DNA from: a virus
Taxonomy: Duplodnaviria > Heunggongvirae > Uroviricota > Caudoviricetes
IMG/VR virus record: IMGVR_UViG_3300046543_000050
Length of the DNA stretch: 64,000 bases
Direction: 5' to 3' (one strand)
In this document: one piece after another, positions 29,210-38,322 of the stretch
How positions within the stretch are numbered: the first letter of the stretch is position 1
Layout: every line of letters starts with the position of its first letter
Notes under the pieces: generated by a model
Database searches by the model: none
What the model was told of the DNA's origin: nothing
The model's input: the letters and a program-made list of their open reading frames with translations, nothing else
Made by a program: the position numbers and the translations under genes

Positions 29210-29247
29210 AAATTTACCTCATACTAGGTATTAAACAATGCCTGAAA

Positions 29248-29490
29248 TTAGGCTTTCTTCCGCTTTGCAGCGTTTCTTTCGTGATACGTCAACCCTTTCT
29301 TGGCCGACGACATCGACGTTCCCGCATGGGTCGCACTGTGTGAATGCTGACCTGAGAAATAGTCAATTTGGAGTTGTCGCGCGGCGTCCGACATGAAGGT
29401 GTCGATCCGCCGCGTATTCCCACAAATCTTGCACCGTATCTCGTTGTCCGTCAGGCCGATAAGTTCGATGTGGTTTGGATGCTCAAACAT
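29248..29490 (-). CDS. Small hypothetical protein with CxxC and His residues
   Basis: CKICG motif; overlaps the ARH stop codon. Confidence 0.5.
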   Translation of the reverse strand: MFEHPNHIELIGLTDNEIRCKICGNTRRIDTFMSDAARQLQIDYFSGQHSHSATHAGTSMSSAKKGLTYHERNAAKRKKA

Positions 29491-30412
29491 GTTCTTCGTT
29501 CAGGTGGAACAGTTCCTTGACGTAGCGGTTTTCAAGCGACGGCTGGATGAACTGTACCCATTCACTCGGAATGGCTTCCAGACCGAATACGAGGGCCGCT
29601 ATGCCGCCCACGACGCACGCGTTGGTGTCCGTGTCGCCGCCGTACATGATAGCCCGTTTGACGGCAGCTGCGTAGTTGTGGGTGTTCTCGATACAGTCGA
29701 GAACGATGTTCAGAGTGTCGATCACGTAGCCCGACCCGAAGTCCTGTTGATATTCAGGCGGGGACCATTCCAACACTGCGCCCGCCAGACTCCACAGCAT
29801 CAGGAATTGCGCCTTGTCGATGTGACTACCCTGCTTGTTCTGCTGGTCGGCAATCATCCGGGCCAACAAGACATAGAACTGGCACGCCTTGATGCAGTCC
29901 TCGCTGTTATGCGTGATGACGCTGCACTGGAAGGCCATCCGAATCATCGTGTGCGAATCGTCCGTCACGAATGCAATCGGCAGCACGCGCATCAACGACC
30001 CGTTACCCGACGCCCGCGACTCATGGATACGGATGTCGCCCTTGCGTCCGTAGTGCGCAAGTTGTGACGCCGTTTGCATCCCTTCATCGAAGGCTTGGCC
30101 GCTGACCCAATACTTGCCCTTGCGCCATTGCAGAAGGTCTTCGTAGAAAGGAGTCGCGTCAGTCGTCTCAGCATTGAAGTGGACATTGACGCAAAGCTGC
30201 TGACTGAAATCGTCACTGTACACGCCCAAGGGAACCCCGTAGGTCTTGTAATCAAGATCAATTTCGGTCGGATGGTCCACGAAGTACGGGTTGATCGCGT
30301 GATCTTCTTTGAACTCATGCGGGACTCCCAAGGCATCGCCAAGCATAGCCCCGAACATGGCGATTTGTTTCTGGTCAAGTGCAGTAAAATCAAACATGGT
30401 CGTTTTCTCCAT
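29483..30412 (-). CDS. ADP-ribosylglycohydrolase (DraG/ARH family)
   Basis: GAMLGDALGVPHEF, YSDD, GNGSLMR..P, ITH, GGDTDTNACVVGGIA; metal-binding Asp motifs intact. Confidence 0.9.
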   Translation of the reverse strand: MEKTTMFDFTALDQKQIAMFGAMLGDALGVPHEFKEDHAINPYFVDHPTEIDLDYKTYGVPLGVYSDDFSQQLCVNVHFNAETTDATPFYEDLLQWRKGKYWVSGQAFDEGMQTASQLAHYGRKGDIRIHESRASGNGSLMRVLPIAFVTDDSHTMIRMAFQCSVITHNSEDCIKACQFYVLLARMIADQQNKQGSHIDKAQFLMLWSLAGAVLEWSPPEYQQDFGSGYVIDTLNIVLDCIENTHNYAAAVKRAIMYGGDTDTNACVVGGIAALVFGLEAIPSEWVQFIQPSLENRYVKELFHLNEEHV

Positions 30413-30451
30413 GACTAAGTATGGATAGAGTATACCACTACTATCCTACGA

Positions 30452-31999
30452 ATGTCCACAGTTGATATTGAAATTATTCCCAAAGATGCGAATTATTGTC
30501 GCATCAAATGTTCCCCCGACATTGCAAGAGAGTTGTCCTCGCATTTCAGCTTCGAAGTACCCGGCGCGAAATTCTCTCCCATGTACAAGTCTGGGGTTTG
30601 GGACGGTCGGACCAAGCTGTTCAACCTACTGACGCGAGAAATCTACGTAGGATTGATCCCCTACGTGTTCAAGTACGCGAAGGACGCCGGTTACAGCATC
30701 ACCGACAGTGCATCGCTCCCTGACACAGAGAATATCACGTTCGAACTGATCGAGAAGTTCATGAAGGCCCTGAATCTACAGAGCCGTGGTGAACCCATCG
30801 AGATACGGGACTACCAGATCGAAGCCATCGTCCAAGCGCTGAAATACAACCGCCGTCTGCTGCTGTCACCGACCTCAAGCGGCAAGTCGCTGATCATCTA
30901 TGGCATCGTGCGCTGGTACTCATTGCAGAAGAAAAAGTTCCTTCTGCTGGTCCCGAACAAGTCACTGGTCGCGCAGTTGTTCAAAGACTTCGAGGACTAC
31001 AGCACGGCCAATGGGTGGGACGTTGACGCCAACTGCCATATGATCTATGGCGGTCAAGAGAAAGTCACAGACAAGCCCATAAGTTTATCAACTTGGCAGT
31101 CACTTTACAAGATCGGTAAAGGCGCACCGAAACAGGGCAAGCTGGAAGAAGGCGTACCGACTAACTATTTCGATAAGTTCGATGTCGTGATCGGAGACGA
31201 AGCCCATCTGTTCAAGGCTGCGAGCATCGTCGGCATCATGACACGTTGTAAGAACGCTACGAAACGGATCGGCACGACAGGCACTTTGGACGGAAGTGAG
31301 ACAAACAAGCTTGTGCTCGAAGGATTGTTTGGTACGATCTATCGCGTAACTACTACGAAGGACTTGATGTCTTCGGGACAAGTTGCCGATCTGAGTATCA
31401 AGGTGTTACAGCTTGAATATTCAGACGAAATTCGCAAGGCGGTGTCGGGTGGTAAGGTAAAACTTACTTACGACCAAGAGATGGACTACCTTTGTCAATC
31501 TCCGAAGCGTAATAATTTCATATCCAACCTTGCAGTGTCGCAGAAGCGCAACACCTTAGTCCTGTTCCAGTACGTCGAGCACGGCAAAAAGTTGTATGAT
31601 ATGATCAGTGAACGCTGTGGAGTTGACCGAAAGGTCTTCTTCGTTTCGGGTGACACTGGTTTGGCTGATCGGGAAGATGTACGGGAGTTGACTGAGAACA
31701 ACGAAGGGGTGGTAATTATTGCCTCTTACGGGACTTTCTCTACGGGTGTCAACGTGCGCAACATTCATTCCGTTATCTTTGCGTCGCCAAGCAAAAGTCG
31801 AGTCCGCAACCTTCAATCCATTGGGAGAGGATTGCGATTAGGTAAAGGTAAGATGTCATGTGTGCTGTACGACATCGGGGACGACCTGTCGTGGAAGAAA
31901 AGAAGTAACTATACCCTGCTGCATTTGATAGAACGGCTGAAGATTTATGCCGAAGAAAAGTTGACGTACAAGATCATCGCAGTACCACTCGGAACCTGA
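30452..31999 (+). CDS. uvsW: UvsW SF2 DNA/RNA-DNA helicase
   Basis: W.G..KLF, RDYQ, SPTSSGKS, GDEAH, GTTGT, STGVN, LQSIGRGLR. Confidence 0.96.
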   Translation: MSTVDIEIIPKDANYCRIKCSPDIARELSSHFSFEVPGAKFSPMYKSGVWDGRTKLFNLLTREIYVGLIPYVFKYAKDAGYSITDSASLPDTENITFELIEKFMKALNLQSRGEPIEIRDYQIEAIVQALKYNRRLLLSPTSSGKSLIIYGIVRWYSLQKKKFLLLVPNKSLVAQLFKDFEDYSTANGWDVDANCHMIYGGQEKVTDKPISLSTWQSLYKIGKGAPKQGKLEEGVPTNYFDKFDVVIGDEAHLFKAASIVGIMTRCKNATKRIGTTGTLDGSETNKLVLEGLFGTIYRVTTTKDLMSSGQVADLSIKVLQLEYSDEIRKAVSGGKVKLTYDQEMDYLCQSPKRNNFISNLAVSQKRNTLVLFQYVEHGKKLYDMISERCGVDRKVFFVSGDTGLADREDVRELTENNEGVVIIASYGTFSTGVNVRNIHSVIFASPSKSRVRNLQSIGRGLRLGKGKMSCVLYDIGDDLSWKKRSNYTLLHLIERLKIYAEEKLTYKIIAVPLGT

Positions 32000-32005
32000 A
32001 ATAAC

Positions 32006-32509
32006 ATGAGCAATCCCGAAGACTTCGCGGTCGAACAACACATCGAAGTGGATGTAGAAGAACTACAGCAACAAGAATACTCGCGCGGTGTCTTCTGCCG
32101 CGCGATCCGCTTCAAAGGCGGTGAAGAAATCGTATGCGGCCTTCATACCGAAGACTTCGACTGGACCGTGAAGAAGGTCGTCGTGATCCATCAGCCGATG
32201 GTGATCGACGGTGCGGGACAGATGAAGCCGTGGTCGATGATTGGGAACCAGTACTCCTATGAAATCTCTACGGACCTGATCCGTTCGTCGTATGAGTTGC
32301 GCCAGAAGTTCATCGTGCAGTGGAATAATGCTGCCGCTGAACAGCACTTCGACTTCCTTCGCGAAGATTTGAAGAATCCTGATCTGACGGATGAAGAACG
32401 CGAAGAAATCGAACAAGAACTGTTCGAAGGTACTGATGGTTCAGAAGAACCGGAAGTCGAAGTTCCCGAGATGTTCGGCGCTCTGCCCGTCTCGAAAACC
32501 CTGCACTAA
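32006..32509 (+). CDS. Conserved T4-like Sm-fold-type protein with acidic tail
   Basis: IRFKGGEEIVC...PMVI...KPW pattern; usual position between uvsW and gp55. Confidence 0.55.
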   Translation: MSNPEDFAVEQHIEVDVEELQQQEYSRGVFCRAIRFKGGEEIVCGLHTEDFDWTVKKVVVIHQPMVIDGAGQMKPWSMIGNQYSYEISTDLIRSSYELRQKFIVQWNNAAAEQHFDFLREDLKNPDLTDEEREEIEQELFEGTDGSEEPEVEVPEMFGALPVSKTLH

Positions 32510-32537
32510 ATAGCTGTCTACACCAGTTCCGCGAAGC

Positions 32538-32562
32538 ACCCCGGCGCAAGTCGGGGTTTTTT
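32538..32562 (+). terminator. Rho-independent terminator
   Basis: ACCCCGGC-gcaa-GTCGGGGT-TTTTT. Confidence 0.85.
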
Positions 32563-32688
32563 ACGTTAACAACTATGTAAAACAATTGTTAACTATTGAA
32601 CATCATGTTTCGCCTTCGGCGCTTCGCTTCGCTCAGAAGACTAGTTCTTTAAGTACTTGTTTTTTCGAACATTAAAACCGGAAACAGC

Positions 32689-32717
32689 ATTATATCAATG
32701 ATGGGGATTCTTGTCAA
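32689..32717 (-). promoter_or_regulatory. Consensus sigma70 promoter on the minus strand, firing into a non-coding gap
   Basis: Minus strand reads TTGACA-17 nt-TATAAT exactly. Confidence 0.75.
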
Positions 32718-32744
32718 GAACTATTTCCATACCATCCTACACAC

Positions 32745-32801
32745 AAGCCCAAACATGATCGTCAGATAGTGATTGACATGTTTGGGCTTTTGCTTTATAA
32801 T
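32745..32801 (+). promoter_or_regulatory. Hairpin-embedded sigma70 promoter for gp55
   Basis: AAGCCCAAACATG/CATGTTTGGGCTT inverted repeat; TTGACA(32773)-17-TATAAT(32796). Confidence 0.75.
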
Positions 32802-32852
32802 GACCGTTCAACTTGAGAAGCATCTACATCATTGGGAACCCTGCACCATGAC

Positions 32853-33479
32853 ATGACCACACTAGACCAAAACAGCATCGACACAGTTGGACCGTTTGAT
32901 CACATTGAAGTACCCGAAGAATTCGAGAAGTCACCTGAGAAGGTCCACTATGTAGACAACGACGAAATGTTGGCTGCATGGATCGTCTATCAGGAACAGC
33001 GTAAAGCTGCCATCGAAGCCGGTAAGGAAGAACCCGTTCTCACTCGATACCTGTCGGAATGCATCCTGAAAATCTGCCATCGCACAGCCTACAAGTGGAA
33101 TTTCATCAACTACTCGTTCCGAGACGAGATGGTCAATGATGCGATTGAAAACTGTTTGCGGGGCATCAACACGTTCGACCCGAGTACATCGAAGTACATC
33201 TTTTCCTACTACACCACGGCTGCATGGAACGCCTTCATCCGGCGCATCCAACGCGAAGAAAACCAAGCCGCGATCAAGGGGAAGATCATCTCTGAAATGG
33301 ACGTGGATTCGATTGTGCGCCAAGAGCATGACAACGGCGAGTACCAGACGAATTTCGTTGAGTACATGAAGCAAGCACAAGACTTCCGTGATGCACACGA
33401 AGACCGCAAGCGCAAGTCGGACACCAAAGAGAAGTTGGTCCCGGTACATGCGAATGCCCTGATTTTTGACGAAGAATAA
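32853..33479 (+). CDS. gp55: Late sigma factor gp55
   Basis: HYVDN.E, Y..ECILKI, NF.NYSFRDEMV.DAIENCL...FDP, FSYYT..W.AF.RRI..E. Confidence 0.95.
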   Translation: MTTLDQNSIDTVGPFDHIEVPEEFEKSPEKVHYVDNDEMLAAWIVYQEQRKAAIEAGKEEPVLTRYLSECILKICHRTAYKWNFINYSFRDEMVNDAIENCLRGINTFDPSTSKYIFSYYTTAAWNAFIRRIQREENQAAIKGKIISEMDVDSIVRQEHDNGEYQTNFVEYMKQAQDFRDAHEDRKRKSDTKEKLVPVHANALIFDEE

Positions 33480-34007
33480 ATGACAGACATCAACGATCCA
33501 GACCAACGCCAAGTCATGGTTGACTTGGAAACGTTGAGTCTCGAACCCCATGCAGCAATCGTATCAATCGGTGCGGTCGCCTTCACGTTGAAGGACGGCA
33601 TCATCGACCAGTTCAGCATCAATGTAGACCCGTTCGATGGGAAGAATCTGGGGTTGCACATCGACCCCGAAACCATCGGATGGTGGAAGAAGCAACCGAA
33701 GGAAATCTCGGACCTCTGGAAAGTCGATCCACAGCCCGTAAAAGACGCGCTGACGGCTTTCTGTCTCTGGTTCGGTGGTAGACAGCAACCGATCTGGGGG
33801 AACAGCCCTAGCTTCGATTGCGTGGTTCTGAAAGAGTCGATGAAGGTAACGAACACTCCCTGTCCGTGGAACTTCCGCAATGAGTGCGACTACCGGACCC
33901 TGACGAAGCTGATCCCCATCGAATTCGAGAAGGGTGACAACGCACATAGTTCGGTGGACGATGCAATCTACCAGACCAACCATCTCTTGAAGATTCTCCG
34001 ATCATGA
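33480..34007 (+). CDS. DnaQ-like 3'-5' exonuclease (DexA/Rv2179c-like)
   Basis: VMVDLETL, WGNSPSFDCVVL, HSSVDDAIYQ DEDDh motifs. Confidence 0.88.
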   Translation: MTDINDPDQRQVMVDLETLSLEPHAAIVSIGAVAFTLKDGIIDQFSINVDPFDGKNLGLHIDPETIGWWKKQPKEISDLWKVDPQPVKDALTAFCLWFGGRQQPIWGNSPSFDCVVLKESMKVTNTPCPWNFRNECDYRTLTKLIPIEFEKGDNAHSSVDDAIYQTNHLLKILRS

Positions 34008-34291
34008 CATCATCCTCATTCATGTATCTTGTCGAACATCCCGACGACGAATCTGTGGCATTGTTCTCGTTCGCGATGAAGCAAAAGATGGCAGAGAAGC
34101 GCAAAGATGGTCACGGCGGTTGGGACGATCCGAACGATGTCTCGATCCGATACCTCATGTGGCTTCTGGCGAACGAGATGCGCAAACCTGTCGTTGACGT
34201 GGTGGATGTCGCCAACTACTGCATGATGCTTCACCAACGTGGAATCACTAAGATTGACAAACACGCACCATCCCGAGACGGTTCGGCTTGA
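34004..34291 (+). CDS. Small all-alpha MazG-like/dNTP pyrophosphatase-like protein
   Basis: MKQKM..KRKDG.GGW...L..E..K...DVANYCMML pattern. Confidence 0.45.
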   Translation: MTSSSFMYLVEHPDDESVALFSFAMKQKMAEKRKDGHGGWDDPNDVSIRYLMWLLANEMRKPVVDVVDVANYCMMLHQRGITKIDKHAPSRDGSA

Positions 34292-34451
34292 AGAAGCCGC
34301 CATCTCCGCAGTAACGAAGTTTGGTCTGCGAACTGACGCAGAATTTACGAAGTTGAAGTTGGTCGTAGACAGGTTCTACTTCCAACAGCAACACCTACAA
34401 GAAGCATTAAGAGAACTACAACGTGAAGATCAACAACAAGATCGTACTTGA
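34239..34451 (+). CDS. Possible small hypothetical protein
   Basis: GTG start; overlaps both neighbours. Confidence 0.3.
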   Translation: MESLRLTNTHHPETVRLEEAAISAVTKFGLRTDAEFTKLKLVVDRFYFQQQHLQEALRELQREDQQQDRT

Positions 34452-34890
34452 CGATTTGCTACTTGCAGAAATCGACACCATCTGGCGTATGGAACGTCAC
34501 GAACTGTGGGCCTTGACCGATAAGCTGTGGGACGCGATGGACGATGATCACGCGACACTCATAGCCTACTACGGCGACGATCTACTCAAAGTGATCAACG
34601 ACCGATGGGACGAGATTCATGCCGCAGAGGAACGCGAGAAGTTGAAGACGGTCACGGTAGATGGCGTCGAGTACAAGACGGTCAGCTACTTCCACTGGTA
34701 CGTCCTCGGTTGGGAGATGGACGCCAAGGGCTTTGTGGTAGATAAAGACGGTAAGCAAGCATTCGTCTTGACCAACCACGGCACGCCGCATTTCGCTGAA
34801 CCGAAAGAAATCGAAGCCAAGATCAAAGAACTGAATCGCGCAACGAAGGCGATGAAGTCTGCCCTCGCATCGGTGGAACTCAATGGCTAA
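34423..34890 (+). CDS. Hypothetical protein
   Basis: Typical codon usage; coupled to the gp47 start. Confidence 0.65.
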   Translation: MKINNKIVLDDLLLAEIDTIWRMERHELWALTDKLWDAMDDDHATLIAYYGDDLLKVINDRWDEIHAAEEREKLKTVTVDGVEYKTVSYFHWYVLGWEMDAKGFVVDKDGKQAFVLTNHGTPHFAEPKEIEAKIKELNRATKAMKSALASVELNG

Positions 34891-35947
34891 AGTCGCATTC
34901 ATTGGCGATCAGCACTTCGGCATCTCTGACGGTAAGCTGGCGATGCACAAGTTCTATGAACGTGTGTACACCGAATGGATGATCCCGCTGCTGATCAAGC
35001 ATGGCATCTGTGTCGCCTATCAGTTTGGCGACATCTTCGACAAGCGTAAGGGCGTCGATTCGTTCAGTGCATCCGAAGCCAAGCGGTACTTCTTTGAACC
35101 GCTTGAGAAGGCTGCGATTCAGTTCATCGGCTTGGTCGGCAACCATGATGCATTCTTCACGAACACCATCGAAGTCAACAGCCCTGACCTTCTGTTGAAG
35201 GACTTCCGCAACGTGACGCTGATTCAGGAACCGCGCAAGGTCATCGTGGATTCGACCAGCATCGACATCGTTCCGTGGATTTGTCGCGACAACGACGAGC
35301 GTATTGCCAAGTTCATCGAACAGTCGGATTCGGAATATCTGTTCGGACACTTCGAGATTGAAGGGTTCGCGATGTACAAGGGTGTCGAATCGAAGCATGG
35401 TCTGTCGCGCGAGATGTTCAAGAAGTATGAGAAGGTGTTCTCAGGCCACTATCACACGCGTAGTGACGATGGCAACATCATGTACATCGGAACCCCTTGT
35501 GAGATGACGTGGAACGACTACGACGATCCTCGTGGCATCCACATCTTTGATAGCGATACGGGTGAACTCGAATTCTTCGCATGTCCGTTCACGTTGTTCG
35601 ATGTGATCGTGTATGACGAAGACAAGATCGACTTCAAGAAGAACCCTTGTCTGGACCCCGAATCGATCAAAGACAAGTACATCAAACTGATTGTCGAGAA
35701 GCGGACTGACTTCAAGAAGTACGATAGGTTCGTTGCCGCGCTGCATGAACTCGGTGCGCACGACATCAAGATCATCGAGGACTTCTCACAGTTCAATGAT
35801 GTTGAAGTGACGGTCGATGCAGTCACGGCCAATGATACGGCTTCATTGCTTCGTCAGTACGTCGATGAAACTGATACCGATCTGGACAAAGACCGCCTCA
35901 AGCGCGAACTCCACTTATTGTATGTCGAAGCACAGGCCGTCGAGTGA
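34883..35947 (+). CDS. gp47: Recombination endonuclease subunit gp47 (Mre11/SbcD-like)
   Basis: IGDQHFG, GDIFDKRK, VGNHD, FGHFEI.GF, SGHYH, YIGTP.E.TW.DY. Confidence 0.96.
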   Translation: MAKVAFIGDQHFGISDGKLAMHKFYERVYTEWMIPLLIKHGICVAYQFGDIFDKRKGVDSFSASEAKRYFFEPLEKAAIQFIGLVGNHDAFFTNTIEVNSPDLLLKDFRNVTLIQEPRKVIVDSTSIDIVPWICRDNDERIAKFIEQSDSEYLFGHFEIEGFAMYKGVESKHGLSREMFKKYEKVFSGHYHTRSDDGNIMYIGTPCEMTWNDYDDPRGIHIFDSDTGELEFFACPFTLFDVIVYDEDKIDFKKNPCLDPESIKDKYIKLIVEKRTDFKKYDRFVAALHELGAHDIKIIEDFSQFNDVEVTVDAVTANDTASLLRQYVDETDTDLDKDRLKRELHLLYVEAQAVE

Positions 35948-36165
35948 AGATCACCTACGAACTGCGACAGATTGAACCAGAACGTAGTCCAGAAATCGAC
36001 GCACTGTTGGTAGAACTGATCAACAAAGAGATACAAGATGAACTTGATCGTTGCTGGAAGTCGATCCTTGAGGAATCGTGCCGCCGTGTATCGGGAACTG
36101 GACTCCCGACGCCAAAGTATCAGCGAAATAGTCTCTGGAATGGCCTTGGTTTGGCTATGGTCTAA
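35944..36165 (+). CDS. Possible hypothetical protein
   Basis: GTG start overlaps the gp47 stop, but the ORF overlaps the next gene by 128 nt. Confidence 0.3.
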   Translation: MKITYELRQIEPERSPEIDALLVELINKEIQDELDRCWKSILEESCRRVSGTGLPTPKYQRNSLWNGLGLAMV

Positions 36166-36439
36166 AGACCCGGAAGTTGGCGGACCAGACCGCTACGGGC
36201 ACGATTGGGCGGTCCTAAACGGCATCCCTGTCGAGAAGTGTCCCGCCGTATGGAATCATAAGGGTGCTGGCTTCGCTCGCAACAATGAGATGGCCGACTA
36301 CGCTGACGCGCTGTTGGCTTTCCTTCCGGGCGATGGCGCAACGAGTGGCACACAAGACATGATCGACCGCATGAAGAAACGGAAGAAACCTTACATCATT
36401 ATCCATGACCGGTCATCCTTGGAAGAACTATTCGTATAA
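36038..36439 (+). CDS. SLOG-family (DUF2493/YspA-like) protein
   Basis: IVAGSR, IVSGMA, G.D..G..WA...G, AGFARN.EMA.YADALLAF...GT.DMI. Confidence 0.8.
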   Translation: MNLIVAGSRSLRNRAAVYRELDSRRQSISEIVSGMALVWLWSKDPEVGGPDRYGHDWAVLNGIPVEKCPAVWNHKGAGFARNNEMADYADALLAFLPGDGATSGTQDMIDRMKKRKKPYIIIHDRSSLEELFV

Positions 36440-36490
36440 TGATGATGTTGGCATTCTCCAACGCTACATCGACTACATCAAAGAACATAA

Positions 36491-38203
36491 ATGATAATCT
36501 TCAAAGAGATAAGGTACGCCAACATCCTCGCGACTGGATCACCCTTCACGGTGATCCGTCTCGACGCAGCACCGACTACCCTGTTCACTGGCAAGAACGG
36601 TTCTGGGAAGTCCACATTCATCGAAGCAATCACGTTCGCGCTGTTCAACAAGGCATATCGGAAGATCACCAAGCCCGATCTGCTGAACACGATCAACAAC
36701 AAGGCGCTGCTGGTTGAACTGGACTTCGACATTGGTTCGAAGTCCTACACAGTGCGCCGTGGCATCAAGCCCGCCGTATTCGAAATCCTGATCGATGGCG
36801 TTCAACGTCCGACCGTGCCGGGAACCGACGATCAGAACTTCCTCGAAGATGTCGTCCTCGGCATGAACTACAAGACGTTCGTGCAGACGGTTATCATCGG
36901 CAAGGCCACATACACCCCATTCATGCAGTTGACCACGCCGCAACGTCGCGACATCGTGGAAGACCTTCTGGACATCCGTGTGTACGGAACGATGGTCGAA
37001 CTGCTGAAAAAGAAACTCAGTGAATCAAAGCTCAGACTCAAAGACATCGAAGACGAAATCCGCATTGCCACGAATAAGGTTGATGTTCAAAAGGCTTACG
37101 TCAAGACTCTACATGATGACCGTTCGAAGAAGGTTGAAGAAGCACGGACCAAGATCGCACAGTGTCAGGCACAGATTGATCACGGCATGACGGTCGTATC
37201 TTCGTTGACAGAGGCACGCACTCAGTTGACCGAAGTGATGGATGACCCGGACGCACTGAACGAGAAGTTGGAGAAGCTGAAGCCGCTGTATACGAAGCTG
37301 ACTGAGAACGTCCGACGCCTCAACGAAGAAATCAAGTTCTTTGAAGAACATGATGATTGTCCAGTGTGTAAGCAGTCGATCAACAACGACTTCAAAGACG
37401 ACGCAATCAATGAACGTGCCGTCAAGAACAATGAGACGGCCAAGGCTGTCGAGACGCTTCATGGGAACATCGCGACGATCCGCGTCAAGCTGAATGACAT
37501 CCGCGAACTGAACCAGAAGGTCCGCACGCTGGACGGCCAGATCGCAGACGAGAACTCGAAGATCAAAGCTGAGATGCGCGTGATCAGTACGCTGCAATCC
37601 CAGATCGACGGCGAACAGACTCAGACCGGCAACATCGAGGAAGAATCCGACAAGCTTCGTGAGTATGCACAAGTCGTGCTTGACCTGAACGATAAGAAAT
37701 CCGTCGAGACAGAGACGAAGCACTACTTGGACGCACAGGCGATCATGCTGAAGGACACTGGCATCAAGGCCAACGTCATCAAGCAGTACGTGCCAGTGAT
37801 GAACAAGCTGATCAACCAATATCTCAATGATCTGGACTTCTTTGCATCCTTCACGATTGACGAGAACTTCGATGAAGTGATCCGGTCCCGCGCACGCGAT
37901 GAACTCAAGTATGAGTCCTACAGCGAAGGTGAGAAATTGAAGATCGATATGTCCCTGCTTTTCACATGGGTCACTATCGCGCGGATGAAGAACACCGTGG
38001 CGACCAACCTCCTGATCTTTGACGAAGTGACGGACGCGGGACTGGACACAGATTCTTCGGGTCATATCGTTTCAATCTTGAAACATTTGGCAAAGTCTGC
38101 TAATGTGTTCGTTATCACACATCACCCGGATTTGTACATTGACAAGTTCGATAGAAATGTGCGTTTCGCCAAGGTCAATAATTACTCGATCTTGTTGGAC
38201 TGA
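36491..38203 (+). CDS. gp46: Recombination ATPase subunit gp46 (Rad50/SbcC-like)
   Basis: GKNGSGKST, central CPVC zinc hook, YSEGEKLKID, LLIFDEV.D..LD, VITH. Confidence 0.96.
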   Translation: MIIFKEIRYANILATGSPFTVIRLDAAPTTLFTGKNGSGKSTFIEAITFALFNKAYRKITKPDLLNTINNKALLVELDFDIGSKSYTVRRGIKPAVFEILIDGVQRPTVPGTDDQNFLEDVVLGMNYKTFVQTVIIGKATYTPFMQLTTPQRRDIVEDLLDIRVYGTMVELLKKKLSESKLRLKDIEDEIRIATNKVDVQKAYVKTLHDDRSKKVEEARTKIAQCQAQIDHGMTVVSSLTEARTQLTEVMDDPDALNEKLEKLKPLYTKLTENVRRLNEEIKFFEEHDDCPVCKQSINNDFKDDAINERAVKNNETAKAVETLHGNIATIRVKLNDIRELNQKVRTLDGQIADENSKIKAEMRVISTLQSQIDGEQTQTGNIEEESDKLREYAQVVLDLNDKKSVETETKHYLDAQAIMLKDTGIKANVIKQYVPVMNKLINQYLNDLDFFASFTIDENFDEVIRSRARDELKYESYSEGEKLKIDMSLLFTWVTIARMKNTVATNLLIFDEVTDAGLDTDSSGHIVSILKHLAKSANVFVITHHPDLYIDKFDRNVRFAKVNNYSILLD

Positions 38204-38322
38204 TACAACATAAACAACTTCGATCAAAAGTTGTTGACAGCGCATGTGTGCGTCTGTAGGATTCACACATCGGCACAAAACACAAAGCCGAACAGCACGA
38301 GGAAAGTCCAACTACCAAAATA

